NCBI GenBank assembly: GCA_028534125.1
Contig: CM052816.1
Location: 29,142,001 to 29,206,000, forward strand
Origin: Lama glama
Taxonomy: Eukaryota
Direction: 5' to 3'
DNA: 64,000 nt
The notes beneath the pieces were generated by a model. That model had not been told where the DNA came from and made no database searches. It saw nothing but the letters and a program-made list of their open reading frames with translations. Shown here piece by piece: positions 49,881-63,600 of this stretch; positions within the stretch are counted from its first letter, which is position 1, and every line of letters begins with the position of its first letter. The translations under genes and the position numbers were made by a program.

Positions 49881-52800
49881 ATTGAAGGGAAAAGGAGACT
49901 AGGAAATTTTCGCCGCCTTCTATATGTCCTGAGGAGGAAGAGGAGGAGAGAAAGAAAGAAGAGGGGAAGGAGTATCACAGAACAATGAACTGACATCCCT
50001 AAAATAAGTCACTATCTTAAAATCCTTTCTAATAGAAACACAGAATAGAATCAAAAACCCATCTTAGATAGCCATCTCATAAAGCAAGTAAAGGACTCCC
50101 ACCATAATATCAAGAATCCAATGGGTTCCACAGTATTTAACTTGGACTTGTACTTAGACCATTCATATTGAGGACAAAATCACTTCTTAAATAAATTAAA
50201 GGGAATTTAAAGATGTCCTCTACCCCCAGTCTCCACTGTAAGAGCTAGATTTCCATATTTGTCTCCCTTTCCCATTCAGCTTATACTTGCTATGCCCCTA
50301 CTAGGATGCTTTTATCCTGTTTCCCTCTCTTCCATCTGTTTCAGGTCCATTCACATGTTGGTCTAGTCTTTTGGACCATTTCTAATCAGTTTTCTTCATA
50401 CCTCAACACAGAATGATAACTTTAGGCAAGCCTTGAAAAGTAAACTGCAGCCAACTAGCAAATTCAAACCAAGCCTAAGGTCAGCAGCACACCAGTGAGA
50501 GCAGGACTCATTACATGGACATTAAAACATTTGACATGAAAATGAAAAGGAGAGTTAAGCAGTTAATGCATCTGGCATGGTAGCATCCAGAGGGGCAGGG
50601 GAGGATGAGACATCAAATAAGTTCAGAAACCAAGGAGACATTATGAACAAATAGGACCACTGCCTACATGTTCCTGCTACTCTCCATAAGATCTGAACGT
50701 TCTTGGAATCCTATCATTTAAGAGTGCAACCCTTTCCGGCTCTGGGAGGCTTGAATGCCTCTAGTGAAATGCCAGCATAAATGAAAATCTAATAGCTTTC
50801 CACCTGCAGCACCTGTGCAGACAAACTGTACCAGGCTTCAGACAAGTTGAAGGGCCTCAGTGTGTCATAGATGGAACAGCTGGTCCAGTCAACGCTCATT
50901 TGCTGAACGGTTCCTGTAATCCTAGCTTGAGCTGGAAAGGCAACTCTACAAAGGTAGTTAACTCAGAGCTTCCACGCAAGAAACATCTGTCATCTAAACA
51001 ACTCTGTGCAAGATGCCTGCCTTTTTGGCTGTGGCAAGTGATGACAAAGACTGCCACCAGAAAGAGTGACGATGTTAATTGACACATTCTTTCTGAAGTG
51101 ACCAGCAAGCCTCTGCTGCTGCTAGCTCAGGATCTCAAACAACATCTGGGTGCAGAACCAGTCATTTACCCAACACCCTTCTTAGAATAAAATGAACACT
51201 TGGCTATTCATGAAGCATTTTGGTCCTGTTCCATTGAGAGGTACTTTAGATACCTATTTATTTCACCTATCGAGAATTTATATTCTACGTCATTGCATCT
51301 ACTCGACAGTCCGTACTATTATCAAAAAGAAAAATGTGAAAAGCCTTTTCAGGAACAGAATGGTAGAAATCTTCAAATAACCCAACTAATTTCAAAATAC
51401 TTTCTCATTCCCAGAATTACCCAGTGGGTACAAGCATGTACTATGGACAGTGTATTTTTCACACAAAACGTTCCCTTTTTATGCATTGGCTGAAACATGT
51501 CCTATCTTCTCATGCACTCATTAGTTAGTAAAGTTCTTAAATTGAACTATTTCTTGAGATCTGTTCCTTTGGTGATTCATACCCACTAACCATCACTGAT
51601 CCTGGTCCCATTCTATAAAGAAATTCTCAGTAAAAGGAAATGAGAAGATTGTAAAAACACAAAGCCTATGGTCACGCCTGCCCTCCAAAACTGATAAACC
51701 AATAAAGCCAACAAAACACTTGGAAGTCAATAAAGATAAAAGGAGATCCCTACATGCTCCATGACCACCTGATCTCACATTGTTCTACTTCTATTCTTGG
51801 CTTTGTCTTCCGTTTCTACATCGTGTCCCATCTTTTGGGAAAGTCTGAACTTGCCTTAGGCATGAGAAAACTAAATGCCTTTAGTGAATATTCACCCCTA
51901 CATCATCCTTCATTATACAAACCTTGTCATGCATTTTCAAGGCGAGCACCTTATCTGAGCACCCCCCCTCTCCCCATGATGTGGAGAGGGGAATGTCCAA
52001 AATTTCCCAAGAGAATGAGACTGGATGCAAAGAGCCATGCAAACCTTCAGGCTAGAATAGGCTGTTCTGAATTCACTCCTTGAGGAAAAGAATTTCTTTA
52101 AATGGTAGTCCTTTAAAATGTTAATCTATTGGCAATGTACTTTACATCCCTTTAGGGAAAAACAAAGGACACTTTGTTTCCTACAGACACTTTATAGACG
52201 ACTAGCTGAGTTGGTTAATGCTTAATATTCATCACAACATGATGGTCCCCAAATTTCAGGAAGATTATTAAGGATGACTTCACAGCCTAAGACGGTGGTG
52301 TAAAATGCCTTCCCGTTACTGCTTCTGTCCTCAAAGCCTGATGATTATTCCTGCACATAGCTTTACACTTTGACTTTTTTTTTAATCATTACCAGGCCAT
52401 CAGACATGGATTAGGAGCAAAGTCAAAGTAATAGGAAGTTATATCCCACAATTAGTTTCGAGCAACTAAGAATTCCCACTTGAATGAAATGAATTTTATT
52501 TTACACCAAAGTCAATGATAGAGCTCTAGTCTGGAACTTCAGTGCTATACTCACTTACTGGAAGGTTAGTTCATTGGTTACCTGGACTTGAGCACAGAAA
52601 CCCTGAACTCCACTCTTCAGACCTGCGTCTGAGTTACTATTTAATCATGCCTAAGTCGTTTTTCCCTTGGTATGTGTTTTCTCCATTTGAAAATGGCAAT
52701 CATCCAAATTCTTCAAGTCAGGGACCTCATTTTAGGATTTATTTTCAAGCTGTTTCTAGAAGCCATAAAATTCTACATAGTTATTTCAGGTGTTACATAT

Positions 52801-52971
52801 AAATAATTCAGTCCAAAATTTTTAATATATATTTTAACACTGTGGGAATATACTAGGAATCACCAACTCACATGTGATATATATCAGATTTTAGCACATT
52901 TTGGTGAACCCTCCTGCAAGATATTGCCTGGTTAACTCATTCTTGTCTACAAACCTCAATATAAAACTCCT

Positions 52972-53126
52972 GGGGAGGGTACAGCACAAGTGGTAAAGTA
53001 CATGCTCAGCATGCATGAGGTTCTGGATTCAATCCCCAGGACGTTCTCTAAAACTAAATTAATAAGCCTAATTACCTCCCTACCACCAAAATAAAATAAT
53101 TAAATAATACAAAAATAAATAAATAA
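52972..53126 (+). mobile_element. Vic-1-type camelid SINE with 13-bp TSD
   Basis: GGGGAGGGTA... head, B box GGATTCAATCC, 'cctaattacctccc' tail; AATATAAAACTCC at 52958-52970 and 53127-53139. Confidence 0.9.
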
Positions 53127-55289
53127 AATATAAAACTCCCTCTACCAAATTTGTATGTATCAATGACCTTACTTTCAATACATTATTTAACACTAAGGAT
53201 GTAGATTAGCCCTGGTCTTTTTTTTTTTTTTTTAAGTATCACCAGTGCCTGGTTTACTCTAACTTTCAAAGATGTGTAATCAAGTCCCCACATATGTGAA
53301 AGACTTTGTCAAGGCCTCTGTGCTAAACCAGTCCATATTGCACATGTGCAATACCTAGTCTTATCATGGAAACTTTGGGTCCTGTGGCAAGATGGTGCTA
53401 GCGGAAACTATTAGAGCCACATTACAAGGGCTGGTTGGTTAACGGCAGATTTGCAATTATGTTGGGAAATCATGTGCATTTTCAGGGTGACAAACAGTTT
53501 TCGAACTGTAAAGGGTTACAGGAGACCCCATTCTGGGTTTCATGCAACTGGATAGGATCTCAGACAGGTAGAACTGAGAGAATGGAAACTCCACGTTCCT
53601 TGAACATCTCATAACCTGACATCTCAGTATTATTTGCTAAGTAATTATCCTTTAAGCTTATCACAGTGAACTGTATCTTCTACAAGATTTATATAAGAAA
53701 ATTCAGTTTTCCCATACCAGTAACCCAGGTCTACAAATACCCCTCCCATTTATATACTATGTAAAATTCAGATTCATCTACATGGAACATAGTCTTACCA
53801 CATAGTAGTAAATTATTCAATAACAAATGAATTTCCAACAGATAATGCCTTAATGTTATTGAATTATAAATCATTTAATACTTATCAGTTTTGTGTGCTT
53901 CTTGTGTGACTTTGATGCTTATAATGAGAAATACAAGCAGTATCATTGGTGATGCAGTTTTGAATGGAATTTCCTACTATACCTCCCTTGAGTTTCTGAA
54001 TAAATAATAATTACAGTGTCCTGAGAGCATACAGCAGTCTGTTACTATTTTCAACTACCTGTCTGTTGAATCAGTATTTTCATAATATAGATATTTTATA
54101 CTTTGGAGTTCTACAGAAAATTTTACTTGTAAAAGGAATCAATTACTGGGAGAAAAAAAAAGTTTGGAAACTGCTGTTTTGAAGCTTACAACCACTGACA
54201 CCATTTGCAAACCATCCTGCTAAGTAGAGCCGAAACATCAAATGTGTAGTCCACACTGTGCTTTGTCAGAGCTATGAGTAGACATCATCAGGAAGAAAGG
54301 GAGACTGCTTACCTCATGTCGACCCAACACGCAGATGGAACAGCTCTCCAAAATCAAATATGTGGTCAATGCATGAAATTAGAAAATATGGCTCTGTGGG
54401 GAGACACAAAATTTGGATGCCATCTGCATCAGAAACAATCAAACAGGTCTCATGATGATACTATCATGTCATTGACATTTACTATAAATATTGGATGCCT
54501 CTGGACTTTTTTACTTATAATAAGGAATTAAAGCAGTTGTTAAATGTTGAGCTGTGATTAGACATGGGTTCCAGCTATGTTCTTAGCCTCCTTGTCCCAT
54601 TCAATCTCATCTTTTTGCCACTATTCATTTGCCTCCAAACTCAAAATCAAGCTACTCCTGTAAGTTATGCAATTATGACTTCCCAATGAAAGTTTTCTTT
54701 AAGAATATCAATAAAATGCCCTTCACTAAGAAACAACTTACACTTTGTTTCCTTCCCCCCCACCTTATTCCTCAAATAAGAGAACAACATGAGCAGAGAG
54801 TAGTACTCCTTACTATATATTTTTAGTACCTAAGAAGTAAAAGAATACGAACGACCACTCATTCTCCTCCCATACCTATTTTTTTAAGCTTGATCTAGGT
54901 TTATCAACTTAATCTAGTTTTCCTATAACACCAGTCACTATTGTGTGCAGACAACTGAATTCAGCAGGACTTGAGTATTGCAAATGACATTGTAATTATT
55001 CTTAAATCATTAACTGTTTTATCTTAGACTGTTTTTCCCTTAGCATTTCACATAATTGATGCCTACTCTTAGATGCTTAAAGTGAATGCACTTAATTCTA
55101 AAATCAGCAGTGTCCTTATGTTTTTTCTATTACTTCTATATTACATAATTATCAAAACAATACTGAAGCCAGATAATGTGTGTAGAGAAATATGAGTTAA
55201 TCCTAAAAAAATACTTTAGTTTTTCTATTACTTAATATCTTTTAAGAGAAGACAAGTTGACAACTTCTTTTCTGAAGAAAATGACTTCA

Positions 55290-55750
55290 TACGGGTTTTC
55301 CCAGAATCAAAACCTGATAATAAACATTCCAGTTCAGATAGTTAATATGAGAAATGGGAAAAAATAGGATAGTGAGATAGAAGAGAAGGCAGGCATTAAA
55401 GAGTATGTTACTAGCCAGGTAATAGTGTGGGAGAGTGGAGCTAATCCACAGAGAAACTCTGAGAAATACAGTCATCCAACTTGAAGGGCAAGGAGCTGGG
55501 GAATTTATGTACCCACTTCCATCAGTCATTGGTTGAGAAGTGCTCCCTGAAAACTATTAATTCCCCTCACTTCCTTCTCACCATCTGCACAGGCAGAGCA
55601 GATTTCTACTATTTCAGAAGTTCGTGGACCAGCAAATGGCAAAAAATGGCAGTTGAAAGTTTGCACACAGAATGACAAGGTCTAAGAAATATGGGAGGGA
55701 CAAAGAACGAATTGACAATAGCAGACAAGTGGCAAAAGCAAATTCAGAGG
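55290..55750 (-). mobile_element. Old ERVL LTR (LTR16/LTR33-like)
   Basis: 'gggttttcccagaatcaaaacctga', 'ggagctggggaatttat...catcagtcattggttgag'. Confidence 0.5.
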
Positions 55751-55844
55751 GCTTCACAAGTGATCTTAGCAACCAGGACATATAACAAGTGATCTCTCCC
55801 AACAAAAGCCTGAGATGCACTATTCTTTACCATTTGAATAATGA

Positions 55845-56060
55845 TTGCTGGTTGTCATTTGTTAAACAGTGCTTATTTGCCAGGTCCTTCACTGACTGCC
55901 GAATGTCCAGGATCTCATTTAATGTCCACAACAATTCCATTATTATCATCAGCAGTGTATAGGTGAAGAAGTTGGGCTCAGAGGGATTACATAATTTACT
56001 GAAGTAGCAGACCCAAACCCAGGTCTCTCAGATGCCAAAGTATATGCTCTTTCTGTCTCC
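55845..56060 (-). mobile_element. MIR SINE
   Basis: 'gatctcatttaatgtccacaacaa...ggtgaagaagttgggctcagaggg'. Confidence 0.65.
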
Positions 56061-57689
56061 TACTGTTTACAAAGGTCCCTAGATTGACAGCATATTTTCT
56101 TTAGCTTGAGTTTGTAATCAGCTCTGGAAATTCTATCTATAAAACATCACAGTCTACCACTTTCAGAGAAAGACCTGAGTCTTCATATCTTTGAAACTCC
56201 AACCTATGTACCAAAAATGGACAGACCTCCCACTCTGGTGGCCCTGCCGCTCCTGCAGTACAGACTTTTACAAGAAGCTCTTATTTAAGGCTCTGCACCT
56301 GCCCCTTGGTGGTTAGTGCTTTCAAAGAGCCATGTGCTCCATGAATTACAAAACCATCTCTGCGTCTGTTTCCTTTCCTGTCTGATTCCCATTCACTCTG
56401 ACTGGTCATGAATGGGGAAGCTTCTTTTCTGTAGCATCATTTCAGTCTGACTTTTCCTTCACCTCTTCACATTCCACGTTCCGCCAAATGGCAATTTTAT
56501 TCTAAGATTGCCAGTATAGAACTTTAAAATAGATTTTCAAAGGACATCTGACTGTTAGAACTTCAAATAGCTCGAATATAACCATTTTCTATCATACACC
56601 TAAATCGTAATCTATTTTAAATAACATTTTGAGCAAACTAATATTTCATACTCACTTGTTCCTTTTCGCTCCTGAGTCTCCAAGTGATTCTTAAAACCTT
56701 CAAACTTTTAAGTCCTCTAATGCTATCACAGCCCATTTTTAATTATTGGTATCAAAAGGAAGGGGCTACTGTAGGGGGGAAAGCCTTCTATGTCCTTTTT
56801 CTTTTTCCAGCTTAATTTCTAGACAAAAGCTTTGAAGTGATCAACAGACAGAAGAAATGTGAGTCCAGATAAGCCACAAACTAGGAAGACAGTCCAAGAA
56901 TTAGCAATGAAGGTCAAATCCAAGTACAGCAAATCCCGTGGAGAATACTGATGTTTTGTTGTAGTGACATTTCAGAGTTAATTGGTAGCTTGTTAAAGAT
57001 TACGTTTCCAAGATCAAAAGGGATAGTGCTGAGATGCTCAGAAATGGAAGCAAGAGGGCTCGACAAACAGTCAAACAGTAGCTGTTTGGAAATTATAAAT
57101 GGTACCAAGTGACTAATAAGGGAGATAAGCAGCTTATCACTTTTCAGGGAATTTTGTGACTTTCAAACAACAGAGTGTAATGGGGGGAAATTAATCACAG
57201 GTCTCTAGGATGCACTTTTATCTTCATGAGGTTGGAAGTCAGGGAGAGGAGACGGTAAAGAGAGCCAGGAGTTATAAAGCTGTGGCTTGGAAAGGCCTTT
57301 CGCTGTTCTACACTTGTAGCATCCACTCCTCAAATTCCTCAAATTCTGTTTTTTCTTATCAGCTTTATTTCCAGCTGGGTGTTACATGTGCCAGACCCCT
57401 TTTCTACAGCATTAGCCTGTTCAGGTCTCGAGGTAACTTAAAATAATACAAAGAAAGATCTGTACTGCAGAATCTCAGGAGATTTCACTGATTTCATGAT
57501 GCTTTTAATGGATTAAGGCATGGCATCCTCTGGCCTTGCCTTATTTTTAAAAGAGAAGAACAAAAAGCACCCATGGCCCCATTTGAATCCAGTGACCCAC
57601 ATAGTCCCATGAGTGACACTCATCCCACACAGAAGAATCTGAGCTTACTGTCCACGTCGATACTCGGTTAAATCCACCCTACATACCAT

Positions 57690-58257
57690 CACCTAAATGA
57701 CTTTTCTAAAGCACGCATCTGATAGAGTCACTCCTCACCTGCACCCTCAGTGAATCCCCACTGCCCACAGAACAAGGTTTAAATGACAGAGCCCTGCCTC
57801 TCTCTCCAGCCACATCTCCTGTCACTCCCCTCCCTCAAATTTCATGCCCAAGCCATGCTGTGAAACATACAACATTCTCCTCATTTTAAGGATTCTGTGG
57901 TTCCTCTTCCTGAAACTTCCTTCCTTCCTTCCATCTTTGCCTGGAAAGGTCCTGAAAAATTTATACTTACCCTGTAAATCTCCAATGTCACTTCCTTCAG
58001 GAAGTCTCTCTGGGTCTCCCATTCCCTATCCTCACCACCAGGCTTGGTTAAACTGACTTTCCTATTTGCACTCATAAAGATCCACTTCCCCTATCAAATG
58101 ACTTACTTCCTGCATTGTAATTGCCTATGTATCAGTGTCTCTGACTGAACCATAAGCTCCTTAAAGACTGAGAATTGGATTTCTTCTCTAACGTAGTATC
58201 TAATACATGATACAGTAACTCAGTAAATATCTATTGGCTGAATGAATAAATGAATGA
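57690..58257 (+). mobile_element. L2 LINE 3' end
   Basis: 'aatgtcacttccttcaggaagtct', 'ccataagctcctt', terminal 'ctcagtaaatat...tgaatgaataaatgaatga'. Confidence 0.8.
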
Positions 58258-59402
58258 CATGCTAACCAGATGCATGAGGTCAGTCCCTATTCCATTCCTC
58301 CCTCTCTTACCTACAAAACAAATCACAGCCCAGTAATTCTGGTTGTCTACCCTGATCCTGTAGCATTTGTGAAATTACAGCAATATCCTTCCCACCCCAG
58401 ACACCTCCACTTCTGATAATTTGTTCCCCTTGGCTCTGGTAATAACAGTGTTACCTAAGTTTGACCAGACTTCTCCCACCACATCTGCAATCCTCTGGGC
58501 CAGGTGCAGCAGCTCACTTTCACAATGCTAGGACAGGCCACAAAACAGGTACCAGTCCCTACGCACACTTCAGGGAGCAGCACCAAGGGAAGAGCATTTG
58601 CGAAATGCCACTGTCAGCCCAGAAAGTTCAAGGCATTTCCATAGTCTCGGCCCTGAGAGTGAAGGTCCAAACACCACATTAGAGAACTTTCTGCACCTCC
58701 CTAGGTGTAAACAAGCTCCACCTTTGAAACACAGTCTTGATGGAACCAAATATAAAAGCCATCACAATGAATGAAGCCAAGATCTCCTCCATTCTGGGAA
58801 CTATGTGCAGTTCTTTGCTGTCTCCACAAGCCATAAAAAGTGAACTTGAAATTCAGGACTTTGCCTTGTCCCCAGAAACATCCAAGCTTGGATCTGTCTT
58901 TCTAAAACCAGATCTTTGCCTTCTGAACCACTAGTCACACATACAGAAGTATAACAGGATTATTTCTGTCTATCTGGGGACCTGGAATCTTTCACAGTGT
59001 TCCTGTTTAATCTCCCAGGACAGCAAAACTTTATCTACAAAGGGTTAAAGATATTTTACTCCCAATTTTCACAAAACTCCTCATCTCTTGTGAGTCGCAT
59101 GCAGCTAATTCCAGGAAGATTCCATTTTGAATTGGAAACGTAGTTGTGAGGGTCAGACTGACTCTGGGGCTCCCTTTGGATATGGTCTTCCAGACTTTCA
59201 AAACGCCATTAAGAGGAAGTTTCACCCCACGACAAGGAAATCCAAGGAAGTACTTGCAGTCAAGGGCTGGCCGTGGCTTCTGAGCTACGTCCAAAAAAGA
59301 AATTCCTACTGTACCTGCATCTCCTCAAGCAATTTGTGACTGTCCAAGAGCCATCACAAGAGTGTGGACCGTCCCTTAGCTGCCTCCACTGTAGCTTATT
59401 AG

Positions 59403-59599
59403 TAAGGCTGTCAGATTTAGTCAATAAAAATACAGGATACCCAGTTAAATTTGAACTTTAGATGCCTTATAAATAATTATTTTAGTATAAGTATATCCTG
59501 TATAATATTGGGGGCATACTTGTATTAAAAATGTACTTATTGTGTTTTTTTGACATTCAAATTTAACTAAATGGCCTATATTTTTATCTATCAACCCTA
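59403..59599. mobile_element. Full-length MER53 palindromic hAT MITE
   Basis: Element-wide imperfect palindrome with TAAGGCTGTCAGAT...ATCTATCAACCCTA ends; degenerate 8-bp TSD CTTATTAG (59395-59402) / CTCATCAG (59600-59607). Confidence 0.88.
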
Positions 59600-60399
59600 C
59601 TCATCAGAAGTGATGAAGGGTCATAGAGATCCAAGAGATGCCACAGAGCATCCACGACTTTTATTTACACACCCTAAACAGTGAGCACAAACTTTCATTC
59701 CAATTAATTAGCTATAGTGAAGTATATCCTCAATTTTGTGGCTTTTTCTACTTGTCATTGCCACCATCTTCTTTATTTTAAAAATATGTCTATTTTTTCG
59801 AAACTTAACAGTTCATCAAAAGTATGAACGTTCCTTAGACAAAGGGAAAACAACATGATTCTGAAAAGCGAAGGAAATCACCTGGTGTTTAGTAAAGAAG
59901 TACTAGGGAGACTAAAAAAGCCAAACTTAATAAACAAATCTCTCCAAGGATATTTTCATAGCTTGATATCCTCCCATACCCTGAAAATATTATTGCATCA
60001 ACAGTGTAAAACTGCTGGGCAAATGTGAGGCTTCCTTAGGATTCTATCAAACTGAGGATGCTTCTGTGCTAAGCAGTGAGTAGAGTGACTACCCCCGGGA
60101 CACTGGCACTTGGTGGAGATCTTCCAAAGGCCTGGGGCAGAAACAGCAAGTTTTTCTGTGTCTGCATCTTGGCCCCAATAACACTACAATCCCAGTACTT
60201 TTCTGCTTATCTACATTTTCCTGTTTCTATTTGGACTACATCCTAGACTCGACATTACATAAATAGCATTCAGGAAGCTATTCAGTTTAGTTACTCCCTA
60301 TAACACCCCGTGCTTGTTTTAGAGATGTAAAAATGTAACATGATGTATAAGATTTTAGTTACAAAACTCATTAGGTCTCCCAGATGGAGGCAAAAGAAT

Positions 60400-60600
60400 A
60401 AAACAATTAGAGAGGCATGGATTCTGACTTGCTCCAATGTCTTTGGCAAGTTGCTTGGCCTCTGTATTTATCTGAACTTATCTGTCACATGGGGTTTATA
60501 ACTGTACCGACTCCATGGATATGTTGTAAAAATTACGTATAAAGTAACTAGAAATCACAGACAAAGAGTAAGCTCTCCACAGATATTGACTATTAACTAA
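60400..60600 (+). mobile_element. MIR SINE
   Basis: 'tgtctttggcaagttgcttggcctct...tatctgtcacatgggg'. Confidence 0.6.
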
Positions 60601-63600
60601 TGGAAATATTTCTCCATGAAAAACACTACTTTATCAGTGGATGACTCAGTGGGAGAGTGAATCCTAGAATCACAGCATGTTGGAGGTGACCTAGTTCACA
60701 CCCCTATGCGGAAGAAAAAAGTGTGTATGTGTAGAAAAAGGTCTGAAAGTTTATGCGTCAAATAGTTAATCTTGTCAACTTTGAGGATTGGAATAAATTG
60801 TGGAAGGAATAAATAAAAAATTAAGTGTAATTCAATTTCTATATCATTCTGAGACTTTTAACAACCTGTAAGTGTAAATATTTTTAATGTGGCAGTGTCT
60901 TGAAGTTTCCCTGATATGTCTGCATTGTTACTTCAGAATTGCTGGCATTTCTTGCCATCTTTGGATCTATACTCATTCGAGTGAGCAGGCCACTGTGGAG
61001 GGAGGCAATGATAGAACAGAAGGGAAGTACGAGAGAGTCTTTGGAATGCCAACAACTCAAAATGATCAAACTTTGGGGAAAGGATTTGATGGAAATATTC
61101 TACCCTTAGGAGGAAAAGGATTCCTTGGGCTGGATAGAGGGAGGTTGGGGGTGCTAGACAAGGGAACTGACCAGGAAGGAACACACAAGTGCAGAGCAAG
61201 CACCCTGAGACTACTCTGCTTGCCTCCACATGAGGATGTGCCTCCAGCACCCATGACTTACAAAAGTAAGAGAAGTACCCAGGGGTCCCCCATCCAATTT
61301 ATTGTGTGTCCCTTATGCCTGGACATTCATAAGCCCTTGAGTTGTGGGATGGCCCAGACACCTAAAGGGGAGGTCTTGGTATAGAGGGGTAGCCCCTGTA
61401 CCTATACTTGGTGGGAACAAACAGAACCAGCTCAGAACTCCCCTAGGCCAGAGGTTTTCTGCACAAAAAACACTCTGGATAGGTATGCTTTATCTGGGCC
61501 AAGTACACCTCAGTGATCTTGGAATTTCTTAGTACCTGATATAACTACAGTGTACAGTAACTTCAGGCATGAATAAGTTCTTCATCCATCACCTTCATAT
61601 GCTCCAAGCTAGTGTGATCTGGTCCCAGCTGAACTCAGGGCTGCAAAACAAGAACAAATTCTCAGATGGTTCCGGGAGTTGCGCTCACACACCCTTAGAC
61701 CAGAAGAGACATGATAATGGCATCTGCTTCACAGAGCCACCTGCAGACTAGACAGTCCATACAAATGTGCAGAAGAGTGCTGGGTTCATGAAACTTGGTC
61801 AGTAATTCTTAGCTGATTTTATTCTCATTATCTCCCGTCTTCATTAGAGAAGCTTAAAGATTAAATTCTCATGACCCCTCAGAAAAGGTAAGCTAGTTTT
61901 TCTACTGATAATGATTCTGACTCTATGTTTAAGAAGCCATCAAAATCTACTGTTAAAAAAACAGAAGACTTTAAAGTTTTGAGGGAAAAAGCAGAGTGTC
62001 TTGGAGAGGAAAGAACTTGGCCAAGAGACTGGGGAAAATATTCCCTAGGAATTGAGAAGAAGAGAGAGTTCTGAGACCCAGACAGGTCAGATTCTTGGCA
62101 GCACACGAGTAGGCCAGGAAACCTCAGAGTGGGATGTCATCTGAAAAACCAAAAAAGGCTGTGGCCTTTGCACTTAAGAGTTGCCTGGCATGGCAGGAAC
62201 AGCAGAAATCTGTCAGACCCAATGTTCTCATCGCAGTCAGGGCAACAGGCATCTCCACTGAGCCTGGCCAGGTAAGTGACTAGAGCTCAAAGGGCCCTTT
62301 CAATTTTATCACCATAAACACTCACACACCCTGTACTGATGAGAAAGAAGGAAACTTTACAGTGCGCAGCAGATATTCTCAAACTATATTTGGATATTGT
62401 GCGAAATGGAACCATTCCCATATGGGTTTTATGGGTGGTTTCCTTCCAATTCAGTTTTTTTGTTTGTTTTTTTAAGTGGATATTAAGGTATATTTATTCC
62501 TATAACTTTTATCTAAATTATCTTAACTGGATGTGAATTCAAATCTGAATTTAGATCATTGGGGATTCTAATTTGATGGAGGTAGTCTTGGTATGAGCTT
62601 TGTTCTTAGAAGGGTTGGGAACTGATCTGAGGGTCTCCATGGACCTGCTTTTGTCAGTTGTCAAAAAAAGGGAAGCTTCCATAAAGCAAGAACACAAGTG
62701 AGGTTCTCCCCTTTCAACACATATCGCGTAATTTGTGAGGAATAAACTCTAAATGTTTGTGGGAAAATTAGGGAAGGAGATTAAAAGGTTATTTAAATAG
62801 GGAAAAAGGCCAGGATGGCAGGATGGTAGAGAGACAAGTAAAGTACCTTAAAAGATAGAGAGGATTTGCAAAAGAAGAGAAAGAAAAAATATCCTAATGG
62901 GTTAACCTGCAGCATTAAAGTGAAGGAAGATTATTGATGTGGGAAGGCTATGGAATAAAATGGATAACACTTATCAGAAGTTGCTGAGATTATGGTGACA
63001 AGTGTGATTATCAAATTATAAGTTTACTGCAATGGCATTTTAGGGGAAAGGTCCAGTGGTGTTCGTGAGATGACAGTGGCAGGTGGGAAGTTGTTTCAGG
63101 GGAAGAGCTGTCCTGCAGAGTGGGTTTGGGAGGATTGGAAGTGTGAGCAAGCAATGAGATAACAGGTGCATACTGTTCCTTCATCGAGTGACCCCAGCCC
63201 CACATCAGCCTTGAGAACAAGCAGGACTTTGAGAAATCCTTGAGGCATTGGAGCTAGATTTCATTCATCAAGACTTGAGAAAAACACCCTCCACCCATAT
63301 CTTCTCCTCAAACTCCATCTTTCCTTTTTGACCTTCATTTGGCTTCCTTCCCCACCCTCAAGCTATCAACTAATGTCACATGCCAACACAGGTCACTAGT
63401 GTTTTCCATTCTCCAGATACTGTGGTTCACATCAGTGGAGTACCAAAGGCAATAACCAAGTAACAGGACACTAGAGTGTGTGAACAGGAAGAGATTCTGA
63501 TCAAGCAACAGCTTTCTGTGACAGTGTGGACCAGGCCAGCTGTACATGCCTGCTATCACCTTAATTATAAGCATCCTTAGGAGAGAAGTTCTCAGAAGGC

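Noticed and set aside
53336..53353. Perfect 18-bp palindrome TATTGCACATGTGCAATA and a nearby short TTCG-loop hairpin (53494-53509)
   Set aside because: One palindrome of this size is not unexpected in 64 kb of AT-rich DNA, and there is no supporting context
60887..61384. Longest ORF in the window (165 aa)
   Set aside because: No recognisable domain or convincing splice context; the region starts TGTGGCAG and may be an old LTR, which I could not assign
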